From NCBI GenBank assembly GCA_965203905.1, contig CBDBDQ010000005.1, forward strand, positions 2,976,001 to 3,040,000: a stretch of 64,000 nt of DNA, written 5' to 3'. The stretch comes from Spirochaetia bacterium. Lineage in GTDB: Bacteria; Spirochaetota; Spirochaetia; SZUA-6; Bin103. Position 1 is the first letter of the stretch. The number at the start of each line of letters is the position of its first letter. Below are positions 28,653 to 38,073 of this stretch, piece by piece. Both the position numbers and the translations under genes were made by a program. Below the pieces are notes generated by a model. It was not told the origin of the DNA, did no database searches, and saw nothing but the letters and a program-made list of their open reading frames with translations.

Positions 28653-29636
28653 ATGACCGCGTTCGTCGTCCGCCGCGTGGTCTACATGGCGGTGGTGGTG
28701 GTGCTGCTGTCGCTGGTCTCGTTCCTGGTGATCCAGTTGCCGCCCGGCGACTACCTGACCACCTACATCGAGCAGCTGATGAGCAGCGGCGCGGTGGTGG
28801 ACGAGGCCGAGGTGGCGGCATTGCGCGATACCTACGGGCTGAATCTGTCTGCGTTCGGCCAGTACCTGCGCTGGCTGCGCGGCTTCGTGCGCGGCAACTT
28901 CGGCATGTCGTTCCAATGGAACCGGCCGGTGGCCGAGCTGGTCGCCAACCGGCTGCTGCTGACCGTGCTCATGTCGACGGTCACGTTGCTGTTCACCTAC
29001 GCGCTGGCGATTCCGATCGGCATCTATGCCGCCACCCACCGCTACTCGCTCGGCGACTACGCGGTCACCACGGTCGGCTTCATCGGCCTGGCCACGCCCA
29101 ACTTCCTGCTGGCGCTGATCCTGATGTTCCTGTTCTTCAAGCTGTTCGGGCTCTCGGTGGGGGGCCTGTTCTCGCCGCAGTATCTGAACGCACCGTGGAG
29201 CGTGGGGCGGGTGCTCGACCTGCTGTCGCATCTGCCCATCCCGGTGATCGTGATCGGCACCGCCGGCACCGCCGGGCTGATCCGCATCATGCGCGCCAGC
29301 CTGCTCGACGAGCTGGCCAGGCAATACGTGATCACGGCCCGCGCCAAAGGGGCGCGGGAACTCGTGCTGCTGTTCCGCTACCCGGTGCGGGTGGCGATCA
29401 ACCCGATCGTGAGCACGGTCGGCTGGGTGCTGCCCAACATCGTCTCCGGCGCCACCATCGTGTCGCTGGTGCTGAGCCTGCCCACCACCGGGCCGCTGCT
29501 GTTCCAGGCGCTGCTGAGCCAGGACATGTTCCTGTCCGCCACCATCCTGATGCTGCTGTCGGTGCTCACCGTGGTCGGGACATTCCTCTCCGACGTGCTG
29601 TTGGCGGTGCTGGACCCGCGTATCCGGGTGAGCTGA
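28653..29636 (+). CDS. OppB/DppB-family ABC permease
   Basis: IQLPPGDY, GNFGMSF, YVITARAKG, DPRIR. Confidence 0.93.
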   Translation: MTAFVVRRVVYMAVVVVLLSLVSFLVIQLPPGDYLTTYIEQLMSSGAVVDEAEVAALRDTYGLNLSAFGQYLRWLRGFVRGNFGMSFQWNRPVAELVANRLLLTVLMSTVTLLFTYALAIPIGIYAATHRYSLGDYAVTTVGFIGLATPNFLLALILMFLFFKLFGLSVGGLFSPQYLNAPWSVGRVLDLLSHLPIPVIVIGTAGTAGLIRIMRASLLDELARQYVITARAKGARELVLLFRYPVRVAINPIVSTVGWVLPNIVSGATIVSLVLSLPTTGPLLFQALLSQDMFLSATILMLLSVLTVVGTFLSDVLLAVLDPRIRVS

Positions 29637-29640
29637 GCCG

Positions 29641-30879
29641 ATGGCACGAGGCGACCGGAGACGTTCCGCCGGGCACGAGCCGTTCGTGGTAACGGAAGTT
29701 CCGCTCCGGGCGGCGCCGGCCGCTGAGGCGCGGCGTGGCGAGGTGGCGGACGGTGCCGCCCGCGCGGGCGCCGGTGCGCAGCGGGAGGAGCGCGAGGAGC
29801 GCTACTACCTGGCCTCCCAGTGGCAGCTCATGTGGCGCAAGTTCCGCCGCCACCGGCTGGCGATCGTCGGTGGGGTGACCGTTGCCCTGTTCTACGCAGC
29901 CGGCATCTGCGCCGGCTTCCTGTCGCCCCACGATCCGCAGCAGCGGTTCGCCAAGCTCAAGGACCACCCCCCGATGCGGCTGCGCTTCGTCGACGCCGAC
30001 GGCCGCCTGCACCTGCGTCCGTTCGTGTACCGCATCGACACCGGCCAGGATCCCGATACCTGGGAGCCGATCTTCGTCGAGGATACCTCGACCCGCTTCC
30101 CGGTACGCTGGTTCAGCCACGGCTGGGAGTACCGCTTCTGGGGCCTGTTTCCCAGCCGGTTGCACCTGTTCACGGTCGAGCCGCCAGCCGCCCTGTTCCT
30201 GCTCGGCAGCGATACGCTCGGCCGCGACCTGTTCTCCCGCAACCTGCACGCCGCCCGGCTGTCGCTGTCGGTGGGGCTGATCGGGGTGGCCATGAGCTTC
30301 GTGCTCGGCTGCATCGTGGGCGGACTGGCCGGCTTCTACGGCGGCACCGTCGACCTGCTGGTGCAGCGGCTGATCGAGTTTCTCATCGCCATCCCCAAGA
30401 TCCCGCTGTGGCTGGCGCTGGCGGCGGCGCTGCCGGCCGAGTGGCCGGTGGTGCGGGTCTACTTCGGTATCACCATCGTGCTGTCGCTGGTAGGCTGGAC
30501 CACCCTGGCGCGGGTGGTGCGCGGCAAGCTGCTGCAGGTGCGCGAGGAGGACTTCACGATGGCGGCCAAGGTGGCGGGCGCCTCCGATGGCCTGATCATC
30601 GTGCGCCATCTGCTGCCGAGCTTCATCAGCTACCTGATCGTCAACATCACCCTGGAGGTGCCGCAGATGATCCTCGGGGAGACTGCCCTGAGCTTCCTGG
30701 GGGTGGGCCTGCGGGAGCCGGCGATCAGTTGGGGCGTCCTGTTGCAGGATGCCCAGAACGTGCGCACCATCTCGCTGCATCCGTGGCTGCTGCTGCCGGC
30801 GCTGTTCGTGGTGGTGCTGGTGCTGGCGTTCAACTTCGTCGGTGACGGGCTGCGCGACGCCGCCGACCCGTATACCTGA
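29641..30879 (+). CDS. OppC/DppC-family ABC permease
   Basis: ASQWQLMWRKF, LGSDTLGRD, ETALSFLG, GDGLRDAADP. Confidence 0.93.
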   Translation: MARGDRRRSAGHEPFVVTEVPLRAAPAAEARRGEVADGAARAGAGAQREEREERYYLASQWQLMWRKFRRHRLAIVGGVTVALFYAAGICAGFLSPHDPQQRFAKLKDHPPMRLRFVDADGRLHLRPFVYRIDTGQDPDTWEPIFVEDTSTRFPVRWFSHGWEYRFWGLFPSRLHLFTVEPPAALFLLGSDTLGRDLFSRNLHAARLSLSVGLIGVAMSFVLGCIVGGLAGFYGGTVDLLVQRLIEFLIAIPKIPLWLALAAALPAEWPVVRVYFGITIVLSLVGWTTLARVVRGKLLQVREEDFTMAAKVAGASDGLIIVRHLLPSFISYLIVNITLEVPQMILGETALSFLGVGLREPAISWGVLLQDAQNVRTISLHPWLLLPALFVVVLVLAFNFVGDGLRDAADPYT

Positions 30880-30905
30880 GCCGGGCACGAGAGGAGGATG
30901 ACATC

Positions 30906-33071
30906 GTGAGCAGACGCAAGTGGTTCGAGGAGCGCAAGCGAGTCTATCTGCTCGACTTCCAAATGCCCGATTCGGCCGACCAGATGCCGATCGGCCAGCC
31001 GGTCAACATGCGCGCCGCGGACCCGGCCGACATCGTGCGGCGGCTGCACCGCGCCGGGGTCCAGGCGCTGTACGTGCACGCCAAGGACAACCAGGGCAAC
31101 TGCTACTACGACACGCAGTACGGTCACAAGCATAGCGGGATCGGCGGGCGTGACCTGATGCGCGAGTTTTCCGCCGCCTGCCGCGAGCTGGACATCACGC
31201 CGCTGTACTACGTGCAGACCTCGCGCGAACGGCGCGGCGGCCTGGTGGCGTCCTACGCGGCGCGCAACGCCGACGGCAGCCCGGTGGTGCACACCAGCGC
31301 CGCGCCGCTGCTGCCGGCGCGCGGCGAGGGACCGGTGATCTGCCTGCTGGGACCGGCGCGGGAGTACATCAAGAACATCGTGCGCGAGCTGGCGCAGAAT
31401 TACGACTTCGACGGCTACTGGCTGGATGGCTACGGCTGGTTCGGGCGCACCATGATCTGCTACTGCGACACCTGCCGCGAGCGCTACCGCGAGGACTGTG
31501 GCCGGGAGCTGCCGCCGGCGGTGGACAAGGGCGACGAGGGGTTTCGCCGCTACTACCACTGGCGCCAGACCATGAACCGGCGCGCGCTGCACGAGATCAT
31601 CGCCACCATCCGCGCGGTCGACCCGGAGCTGACCGTGACCCACAATGGCAGCGGCTTCCAGGTCTACGCCGATGCCCACATCAACGACTGCGACGACTAC
31701 GTGAGCCGCGAGTTCCACTACCAGGAGGGCTACGGCGGGCTGGCGCTGTGGTGCCGCATGCAGGACGCCTTCACCCCCGACCGCCCCTACGAGCTGGAGA
31801 GCTGGCGCTTCTTCAGCACCGCTGCCGGCGGCACCGGCGACCGCGGGGTGCACATGGTGCGCGGCTACCAGGTCAAGCCGGTGCCGATGCTGTTCACGGA
31901 GATGGCGACCATCACCGCCAACGGCGGCTTCGTGCAGTACTACGACCAGTGCCGCCCGGACGGCGCGCTGGATCAGCTCTCGCTGGACCGGATGCAGGGG
32001 GCGTTCGACCAGGTGCGGGCACGCGAGCCGTGGCTGCCCGATGCCGCCAGCGGCCAGCGGCGGGTGCACTACGCCGACATCGTGTGGTCCAAGCGCAGCC
32101 AGGACTTCGCCCAGGAGCGGCACGCGCGGGTGCACGTGGAGGGGCTCGAGGGGGTGCACGAGGCGTTGCTGGAGCGCCACGTGCTGCACGGCGTGGTGAC
32201 CGAGCGGCGGATCGCGGAGGGGCGGGCCGGCAGCCCGCGGGTGCTGGTGCTGCCCAGCGTGGCGTGCATGAGCGACGCGGTCGCGGCCGGGCTGCGGCGC
32301 TTCGTGGAGGCGGGCGGCGGGCTGGTGGCGACCTACCGCACGTCGCTGGCGGACGAGCTGGGGCGGCCGCGCGACAACTTCCTGCTGGCCGACCTGTTCG
32401 GCTGCGACTACCTGGAGCCGATGGCCTTCACCTACAGCTTCATGCGCTACGACGCGGCCGGCCCGCTGACCGCCGGCCTGGAGCTGGGCTGGCCGATGGC
32501 GCTGTGGCACCTGCTGCAGCTCAAGGTGGCGCCGCGCGCCGGCGCCGAGGGCCAGGGGGTGATCGTCAACCCGATGCGGGGGATGATGATGGGCCACCCG
32601 CCGCAGGAGGACACCCCCTATCCGGCCGCGGTGTGCAACCGCTTCGGCGCCGGGCGCGTGGTGTACTTCCCGCAGCCGCTGGGGCAGGCGTACCACGGCT
32701 ACGGCCATCCCGACTTCCGCGCGCTGCTGGAGAACGCGGTGCGCTGGGCCGCCGGCGCGGGGCCGCCGGTCGAGGTGCACGCTCCGGCGACGGTGGAGGC
32801 GGTGCTGTGGGAGCAGCCGGCGGAGGCTGCCGGTGAATCGGCGCGCTACCTGCACCTGATCAACCGCACGCCGGGCGGGCCGGTGCGCACCAAGGCCAGC
32901 GTGATCACCGAGGAGATCCCGGTGTTCGAGCTGGAGGTGCGGACACGCTTCCCGGTGCGGCGGGCGCTGCTGCAGCCGGCGGGGCAGGAGCTGGCGCTGA
33001 CGGCGGACGGCGAGGGCGCGCGCCTGGTGGTGCCGCGGGTCGACGTGCATGCTATCGTGGAGTTGGCATGA
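30906..33071 (+). CDS. GH151/GHL6-like glycoside hydrolase (alpha-L-fucosidase-like) with beta-galactosidase trimerisation domain
   Basis: LLDF, AKDNQGNCYYDT, RDLMRE, DGYWLDG, CYCDTC, VLVLP...RFVEAGGGLVATYRTSL; GAGGAGG SD. Confidence 0.72.
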   Translation: MSRRKWFEERKRVYLLDFQMPDSADQMPIGQPVNMRAADPADIVRRLHRAGVQALYVHAKDNQGNCYYDTQYGHKHSGIGGRDLMREFSAACRELDITPLYYVQTSRERRGGLVASYAARNADGSPVVHTSAAPLLPARGEGPVICLLGPAREYIKNIVRELAQNYDFDGYWLDGYGWFGRTMICYCDTCRERYREDCGRELPPAVDKGDEGFRRYYHWRQTMNRRALHEIIATIRAVDPELTVTHNGSGFQVYADAHINDCDDYVSREFHYQEGYGGLALWCRMQDAFTPDRPYELESWRFFSTAAGGTGDRGVHMVRGYQVKPVPMLFTEMATITANGGFVQYYDQCRPDGALDQLSLDRMQGAFDQVRAREPWLPDAASGQRRVHYADIVWSKRSQDFAQERHARVHVEGLEGVHEALLERHVLHGVVTERRIAEGRAGSPRVLVLPSVACMSDAVAAGLRRFVEAGGGLVATYRTSLADELGRPRDNFLLADLFGCDYLEPMAFTYSFMRYDAAGPLTAGLELGWPMALWHLLQLKVAPRAGAEGQGVIVNPMRGMMMGHPPQEDTPYPAAVCNRFGAGRVVYFPQPLGQAYHGYGHPDFRALLENAVRWAAGAGPPVEVHAPATVEAVLWEQPAEAAGESARYLHLINRTPGGPVRTKASVITEEIPVFELEVRTRFPVRRALLQPAGQELALTADGEGARLVVPRVDVHAIVELA

Positions 33072-34633
33072 TGCGCGGCCCGACCACGGCACCCACCTTC
33101 TCCGTGCTGATCGCCGGCGGCACCGTGGTGGACGGCTCCGGTGCGCCGGCCTACCGCGCCGACCTCGGCCTGCGCGGGGATGCGATCGCCGCCATCGGCG
33201 ACCTCGGCGCCGCCGGCGCGGAGCTCACCATCGACGCGCGCGGCCTCACCGTCAGCCCCGGCTTCGTGGACGTGCACGTCCACAGCGAGCTGGCCATCCT
33301 GGGCGGCCGCGACCAGCTTGCCGGCGTGCGCCAGGGGATCACCACCAACCTGCTTGCTCCCGACGGCTTCGGCTGGGCCCCGCTGGAGGCGGCGCCGGGG
33401 GCGGAGCTGTTCGCCTATACCGCGCCCCTCTACGGCAACCCCCCGGTGGACGCGTACTGGCCGACCATCGACGCCTACCTGGACCGCTTCACCGGCGCCA
33501 CTCCGCTCAACGTGCTGCCGCAGGTGCCGCACTGCGCGGTGCGCATGGCGACGATGGGCTGGGAGGCACGCCATCCGACCGGCGCCGAGCTGGCCGCCAT
33601 GGAGGAGGGCACCCGCGCCTGGCTGGACGCCGGCGCCGGTGCGCTGTGCCTGGGGCTGGACTACCAGCCGAGCGCCAACGCCAGCTTCGAGGAGCTGGTC
33701 GCACTGTGCCGCATTACCGCCCAATACGGCGGAATCTATGCCGCCCATCAGCGTTACGGGCACCTGGGCAAGCGGCTCGCGTGGAGCGAGACCATCGAGC
33801 TGTCGAAGGCTTCGGGATGTCCCGTGCACGCCAGCCACGAGCGGGTCGACGAGGAGTCGGCGGCCATCCTGGAGCACGTGGATCGCGAGGGGGTGGACCT
33901 GTCGTTCGAGTCCTACCTGTATGCCGCCGGCATGACCCACCTGCAGTCCGGGCTGCCGATCCACCTGCATCCGGGCGGCTGGCCGGCGGTGGCGCAACGC
34001 CTGCGGCGCCCGGGCGCGCGGGAGCAGGCGCTGGCGGGACTGGAGGTCCGGATCGGCCGCGGCGACCAGATCATCGGCTTCACCCGCTCCGGCCGCCACG
34101 TCGGCCTGCGTCTGGACGAGGTCGCGGAATCGGCGGGCAAGACGCCAGTCGAGCTCGCCTACGACCTCCTGGTGGAGGAGGAGGGCATGGTGACCCTGGT
34201 GTTTCCCTGGCAGAACCCGCTGGTAGAGCACGAACCCGTGATCGCCGCGACCGCCGTCCATCCGCGCATGATGGTGGCCAGCGACGGTGTCTACGACATC
34301 CCGCATCCCCATCCGCGCGGCTACGGCTGCTTTGCGCGGGTCCTGGGCGAGTTCGTCCGCGACCGTGGCCTCATGACCCTGCCGCAGGCGATCCACAAGA
34401 TGAGCGGCTTCCCGGCACAGCGGTTCCGGGTGCCCAACCGGGGGCTGATCCGGGTCGGCGCGGCCGCCGACCTGGCGCTGTTCGACGCCGACGCCATTGC
34501 CGCGTGCGCCACCTTCGAGCAGCCGTTGCAACCGGCGGAGGGGATGCGCTGGGTGCTGGTGAACGGCGAGCCGGTGATCGCCGCCGGCGAGCCGACCGGC
34601 GCCCTGCCCGGCCGCGTGCTGGCCCGCGCCTAG
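33068..34633 (+). CDS. N-acyl-D-amino-acid deacylase / amidohydrolase
   Basis: GGTVVDGSG, PGFVDVHVHS, QGITT, ASDG, HPRGYG.FARVLG, RGLIRVG.AADL. Confidence 0.88.
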   Translation: MMRGPTTAPTFSVLIAGGTVVDGSGAPAYRADLGLRGDAIAAIGDLGAAGAELTIDARGLTVSPGFVDVHVHSELAILGGRDQLAGVRQGITTNLLAPDGFGWAPLEAAPGAELFAYTAPLYGNPPVDAYWPTIDAYLDRFTGATPLNVLPQVPHCAVRMATMGWEARHPTGAELAAMEEGTRAWLDAGAGALCLGLDYQPSANASFEELVALCRITAQYGGIYAAHQRYGHLGKRLAWSETIELSKASGCPVHASHERVDEESAAILEHVDREGVDLSFESYLYAAGMTHLQSGLPIHLHPGGWPAVAQRLRRPGAREQALAGLEVRIGRGDQIIGFTRSGRHVGLRLDEVAESAGKTPVELAYDLLVEEEGMVTLVFPWQNPLVEHEPVIAATAVHPRMMVASDGVYDIPHPHPRGYGCFARVLGEFVRDRGLMTLPQAIHKMSGFPAQRFRVPNRGLIRVGAAADLALFDADAIAACATFEQPLQPAEGMRWVLVNGEPVIAAGEPTGALPGRVLARA

Positions 34634-34642
34634 CAGCAGCCG

Positions 34643-35719
34643 ATGCAGATCACGGTGCGATTGCGCGACGGGTCCAGCCTCGAGATCGAAGTCGCCGCGC
34701 CGCCGTTCGACATCTCCTACGACGACTTCCGCCTGTGCTGGTGGCCGATGATCCGCGACGACCTGCTGCAGGGCAGGATGAACCGCTGGCTCTACGCGCC
34801 GCATTTCATCGGCCGCATCGACGGCAACCCCGCCGGCTCGATGTGCTATTACGCACCGCGGGACAGCGAGGCCGTGGGTGCGGTGGAGTTCGTCGGCACC
34901 GAGGAGCGCTTCCGCCGCCGCGGCGTCGCCTCGGCCCTGCTGGGTACGCTGGTGGAGCACTTCACCGCCCGCGGCGGGAAGGCGCTCTACCTGTGCACCG
35001 ACAACCCGGTCGCCGGCCATCTTTACGAGCGCCACGGGTTTTGCTACCACGTCGGCGACGGGATGCGATACCTGGCTCCGCATGCCGCCGACTTCGACCG
35101 CCGCTGGTTCGCCGCGGGCGGCGCCGCCACGATTCGCGACGCGCACTGGGGCGACCTGGCCCGGATGTGCGTGCTCTACAACCACCCCGATCCGGCGTGG
35201 CTGGTCAAGGACCCGCTGTCGGCGGCGTTCCGCGACACCCGCTACGAGCGCCACTTCGTGAGCGTGCTGCGGCAGATCGAGGACGGCGCGGGCGCGTTCC
35301 TGCTGCTGGAGGCGGACGGGTCGCGGGTAGTGGGCGCCGCGGCGTTCCGCCGCCGGGACACCTTCTACGAGCAGCACGTCGCCACCCTGAGCCTGCGCGT
35401 CGCGCGCGGTTACTTCGGTCTGGCGGCGGACCTGCTGGAGACAGCCGCCGTTCGCGCCGCGGCCCTCGGCATCCGCCAGTTGGCGCTGCCGCTCGCGGCC
35501 GAGGACGACGAGCCGCGGCGGCTGGCGCAGGCGGCCGGATTCGAGGAGGGCCCGCGCTGGCCGCGGCGGCTGCGCGACGCAGAGGGCCGCTTCGTCGACC
35601 TCACCTTCATGCTGCGCGAACTGAACCCATCCGCTTCCGGCGACCGGCCCCGCGAGTCGTTCTACGGCGAACGCCACCCCTGGCAGGCCGCCCGCGCGGA
35701 GGCCGCCCGGCGGCCCTGA
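34643..35719 (+). CDS. Tandem GNAT N-acetyltransferase
   Basis: VGTEERFRRRGVASALL acetyl-CoA motif, LYERHGF; second degenerate GNAT domain. Confidence 0.8.
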   Translation: MQITVRLRDGSSLEIEVAAPPFDISYDDFRLCWWPMIRDDLLQGRMNRWLYAPHFIGRIDGNPAGSMCYYAPRDSEAVGAVEFVGTEERFRRRGVASALLGTLVEHFTARGGKALYLCTDNPVAGHLYERHGFCYHVGDGMRYLAPHAADFDRRWFAAGGAATIRDAHWGDLARMCVLYNHPDPAWLVKDPLSAAFRDTRYERHFVSVLRQIEDGAGAFLLLEADGSRVVGAAAFRRRDTFYEQHVATLSLRVARGYFGLAADLLETAAVRAAALGIRQLALPLAAEDDEPRRLAQAAGFEEGPRWPRRLRDAEGRFVDLTFMLRELNPSASGDRPRESFYGERHPWQAARAEAARRP

Positions 35720-35781
35720 TCCACGCACGGAGCTTGACATCTACCGACGGTATCACGGAGCCTTGTAGCCGGAAGAGGAGC

Positions 35782-35913
35782 ATGACCTACTACGTGACCC
35801 CGGTATGGGACGCGGAACATCGCATCTATCGGTCAGAGAGCAACGTTGCAGGATTGCAGGTCGAGGCACCCACGTGGAACTATGGCGAGCCGCTACTACA
35901 GAGAAGTGTCTAG
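35782..35913 (+). pseudogene. Truncated DUF1902 (HicB-like) small-gene remnant, 43 aa
   Basis: GAGGAG SD then MTYYVTPVWDAEHRIYRSESNVAGLQVEAPT, matching the WD.E..V..SES.I.GL..EA.T pattern; similarity is lost afterwards. Confidence 0.55.
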
Positions 35914-35934
35914 CGGAGCGATGGAGCAACGCCG

Positions 35935-36696
35935 GTGAACGGCAACGCCGAAGCGGCCGCCCCCGACGTGAACCGTGATCCGCGGCGGTTCGCGGCCGAA
36001 GGATACTGTGTCTTTCCGCAGGTTTTCGACGCTTCCGATGTGGCCGCCAATCGGGGCCTGCTCGAAGAGGCAATCGAGTCCGGAATGCTTCAGCGACCCA
36101 ACTATCTCCTGGAGCCGCACACTCTCGATCGGCGCTGGCTGGACATCTGCCGGCATCCGGGCGTGCTCGACGCCGTGGCGGCGGTACTCGGGCCGAACCT
36201 GATTCTCGTGTACTCGAGTGTGTTCATCAAACCGGCGCATGGATCGGGCAGGGTGGCCTGGCATCAGGACAACAACTACTGGCCGAGCGTGCACGGCACC
36301 GACGTGGTCACGGTGTGGCTTGCAATCGATGACGCCGACGCGGACAACTCCGCAATGCAGGTCATACCGCGTTCCCACGCCGGCTATCGCGAGTATGCCA
36401 CCGTTCCGACGGCGGATGCGGCGGAGATGCTGCCGAAGAAGGTGGAGGTGACGGACGAAATGGAGCAGTCCGCGGTCACCTTGGCCATGCCCGCCGGTGC
36501 GCTGTCGATTCACGATTCTTTCCTGCTGCACGGCAGCGGTACGAACCGGACCGCGCGGCGGCGAGCCGGCTACACCATTCGGTACTGCAGCACGGACACG
36601 ACGTGGCTCGACGTGGACGAGCATCCGATACCGGTCTACCTGGTGCGCGGCGAAGCGGGCGCTCGCGGCGAGCGTTACGTGGATGTGCGCGGCTGA
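35935..36696 (+). CDS. Phytanoyl-CoA dioxygenase (PhyH) family protein
   Basis: FIKP, WHQD..YW, VTVWLAIDDA..DNSAM.VIP.SH, LLHGSG.N....R. Confidence 0.9.
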   Translation: MNGNAEAAAPDVNRDPRRFAAEGYCVFPQVFDASDVAANRGLLEEAIESGMLQRPNYLLEPHTLDRRWLDICRHPGVLDAVAAVLGPNLILVYSSVFIKPAHGSGRVAWHQDNNYWPSVHGTDVVTVWLAIDDADADNSAMQVIPRSHAGYREYATVPTADAAEMLPKKVEVTDEMEQSAVTLAMPAGALSIHDSFLLHGSGTNRTARRRAGYTIRYCSTDTTWLDVDEHPIPVYLVRGEAGARGERYVDVRG

Positions 36697-36711
36697 CGCG
36701 GGTCCACGCCG

Positions 36712-37866
36712 ATGAGTGACGGCGAGAAGCCGCTGGCGGCCGTCCGCGACGAGTTGCGCGTCGAGTGGTACCGCAGCCCGATCCCGCCGGCGAAGCTGCG
36801 CGAGCTGATGCAACGGAGCGACCTGCAAGGATGGTGGCAGTGTGCCGGACACCTCGCTCTGGTGGTCGCTGCCGGCATGCTCACGTACGCCTTCTGGAGA
36901 CAGGAGTCGTGGCCGGCGTTCGCCGTCGCGTTGTTCGTCTACGGGACGTTCAGCAGCTTCCTGCCCGGCGCGGCGGTACATGAGTTGGGCCACGGCACCG
37001 TGTTCCGCACCAAGTGGCTCAACAAGCTGTTCCTGTACCTCTTCAGCCTGCCAAGCTGGTGGAACCCGTTCGACTACGCGTCCAGCCACACCTACCACCA
37101 CCGGTACACCCTGCATCCGGAGGGCGACCGCGAGGTGATCCTGCCCCTCAAGCCGACGCCACCCTTCCGGGTTGCGTTGACGCTGTTCACCATCAGCCTG
37201 TTCAGCCGCCCGGTGAGTATTTTCGGAAGAGGTGGGCTGTTCACCGCGATTGTGGATACGGTTCGCACGGCACTTGGCGTGAACGTTCCGGCCGACACGC
37301 CGGCGCGGAAGTGGCTCATCGCCCTACGCGTGGACCAGCCCGAGGAGATGCGCAACGCGACAAGGTGGGCACGGCTGGTGTTGCTGTTCCATGCGCTGGT
37401 GCTGGCGGTGACCATTGCGACCGGCCTGTGGGTGCTGCCGATTCTGCTCTCGGTGGCAACTTTCATCGGTCCCTGGTGGATCTACGCGGTCGGCATTACG
37501 CAGCACACCGGTCTCCGCAACGACGTGGCGGACTTCCGTAAGTGCACGCGCTCGGTGAAGCTCGACCCGCTGTCGGAGTTCCTCTACTGGCGCATGAATT
37601 GGCACATCGAGCATCACATGTATGCCGGCATCCCCTGCTACAACCTGAAGCGGCTGTCGCGCGAGATCGCGGCTGACCTGCCGGCGCCGCGCACGTTCCG
37701 CGGTGCCTGGCGAGAAATGCGCGACATCTGGAAGCGTCAGCAGACCGATCCCACCTACCAGTTCGATGTTCCTCTGCCCCCGACGGCAGGAAGCGCCCGC
37801 GGCGACATCGCGGACCAGATCGAACAGTCGGTCGGCGACCTGGCTCCCAGGGGCCTGGCGCGCTGA
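36712..37866 (+). CDS. Membrane fatty-acid desaturase-fold protein (MocD-like hydrocarbon oxygenase)
   Basis: His boxes HELGH, HTYHH, HIEHH, plus TQHTGL; TM segments. Confidence 0.85.
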   Translation: MSDGEKPLAAVRDELRVEWYRSPIPPAKLRELMQRSDLQGWWQCAGHLALVVAAGMLTYAFWRQESWPAFAVALFVYGTFSSFLPGAAVHELGHGTVFRTKWLNKLFLYLFSLPSWWNPFDYASSHTYHHRYTLHPEGDREVILPLKPTPPFRVALTLFTISLFSRPVSIFGRGGLFTAIVDTVRTALGVNVPADTPARKWLIALRVDQPEEMRNATRWARLVLLFHALVLAVTIATGLWVLPILLSVATFIGPWWIYAVGITQHTGLRNDVADFRKCTRSVKLDPLSEFLYWRMNWHIEHHMYAGIPCYNLKRLSREIAADLPAPRTFRGAWREMRDIWKRQQTDPTYQFDVPLPPTAGSARGDIADQIEQSVGDLAPRGLAR

Positions 37867-38038
37867 GCGCGATTCAACTGTCTATCAACCAGGCCAGCAT
37901 CGCGGCGGGTATGGCCGCGACCTCGGGATCTTCGAGGTTCAACTCGGTGCGCGTGGCCAGAATCCCGCGCCACCAGGATGCGTGCAACGTCAGCGCGTCC
38001 CGCTTCCAGCGGCCACCGGCAGACAGTCTTGTACTTCT

Positions 38039-38067
38039 TTGACCGGCGAGCGCGAGTCACTTAGAAT
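38039..38067 (+). promoter_or_regulatory. Sigma70-type promoter, probably giving a leaderless mRNA
   Basis: TTGACC-17 bp-TAGAAT, with GTG (38074) 6 nt after the -10. Confidence 0.6.
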
Positions 38068-38073
38068 CCGGCC

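Noticed and set aside
30630-35913. Long alternative ORFs (820 aa and 964 aa minus; 954 aa plus)
   Set aside because: Shadow or off-frame ORFs over well-supported genes, rich in Arg/Gly/Ala/Pro; only the last 43 codons of the 954-aa ORF look like a real small gene
37867-38035. Minus-strand C-terminal-like peptide (...LHASWWRGILATRTELNLEDPEVAAIPAAMLAWLIDS*)
   Set aside because: Possibly a gene stump, but no start and no recognisable family
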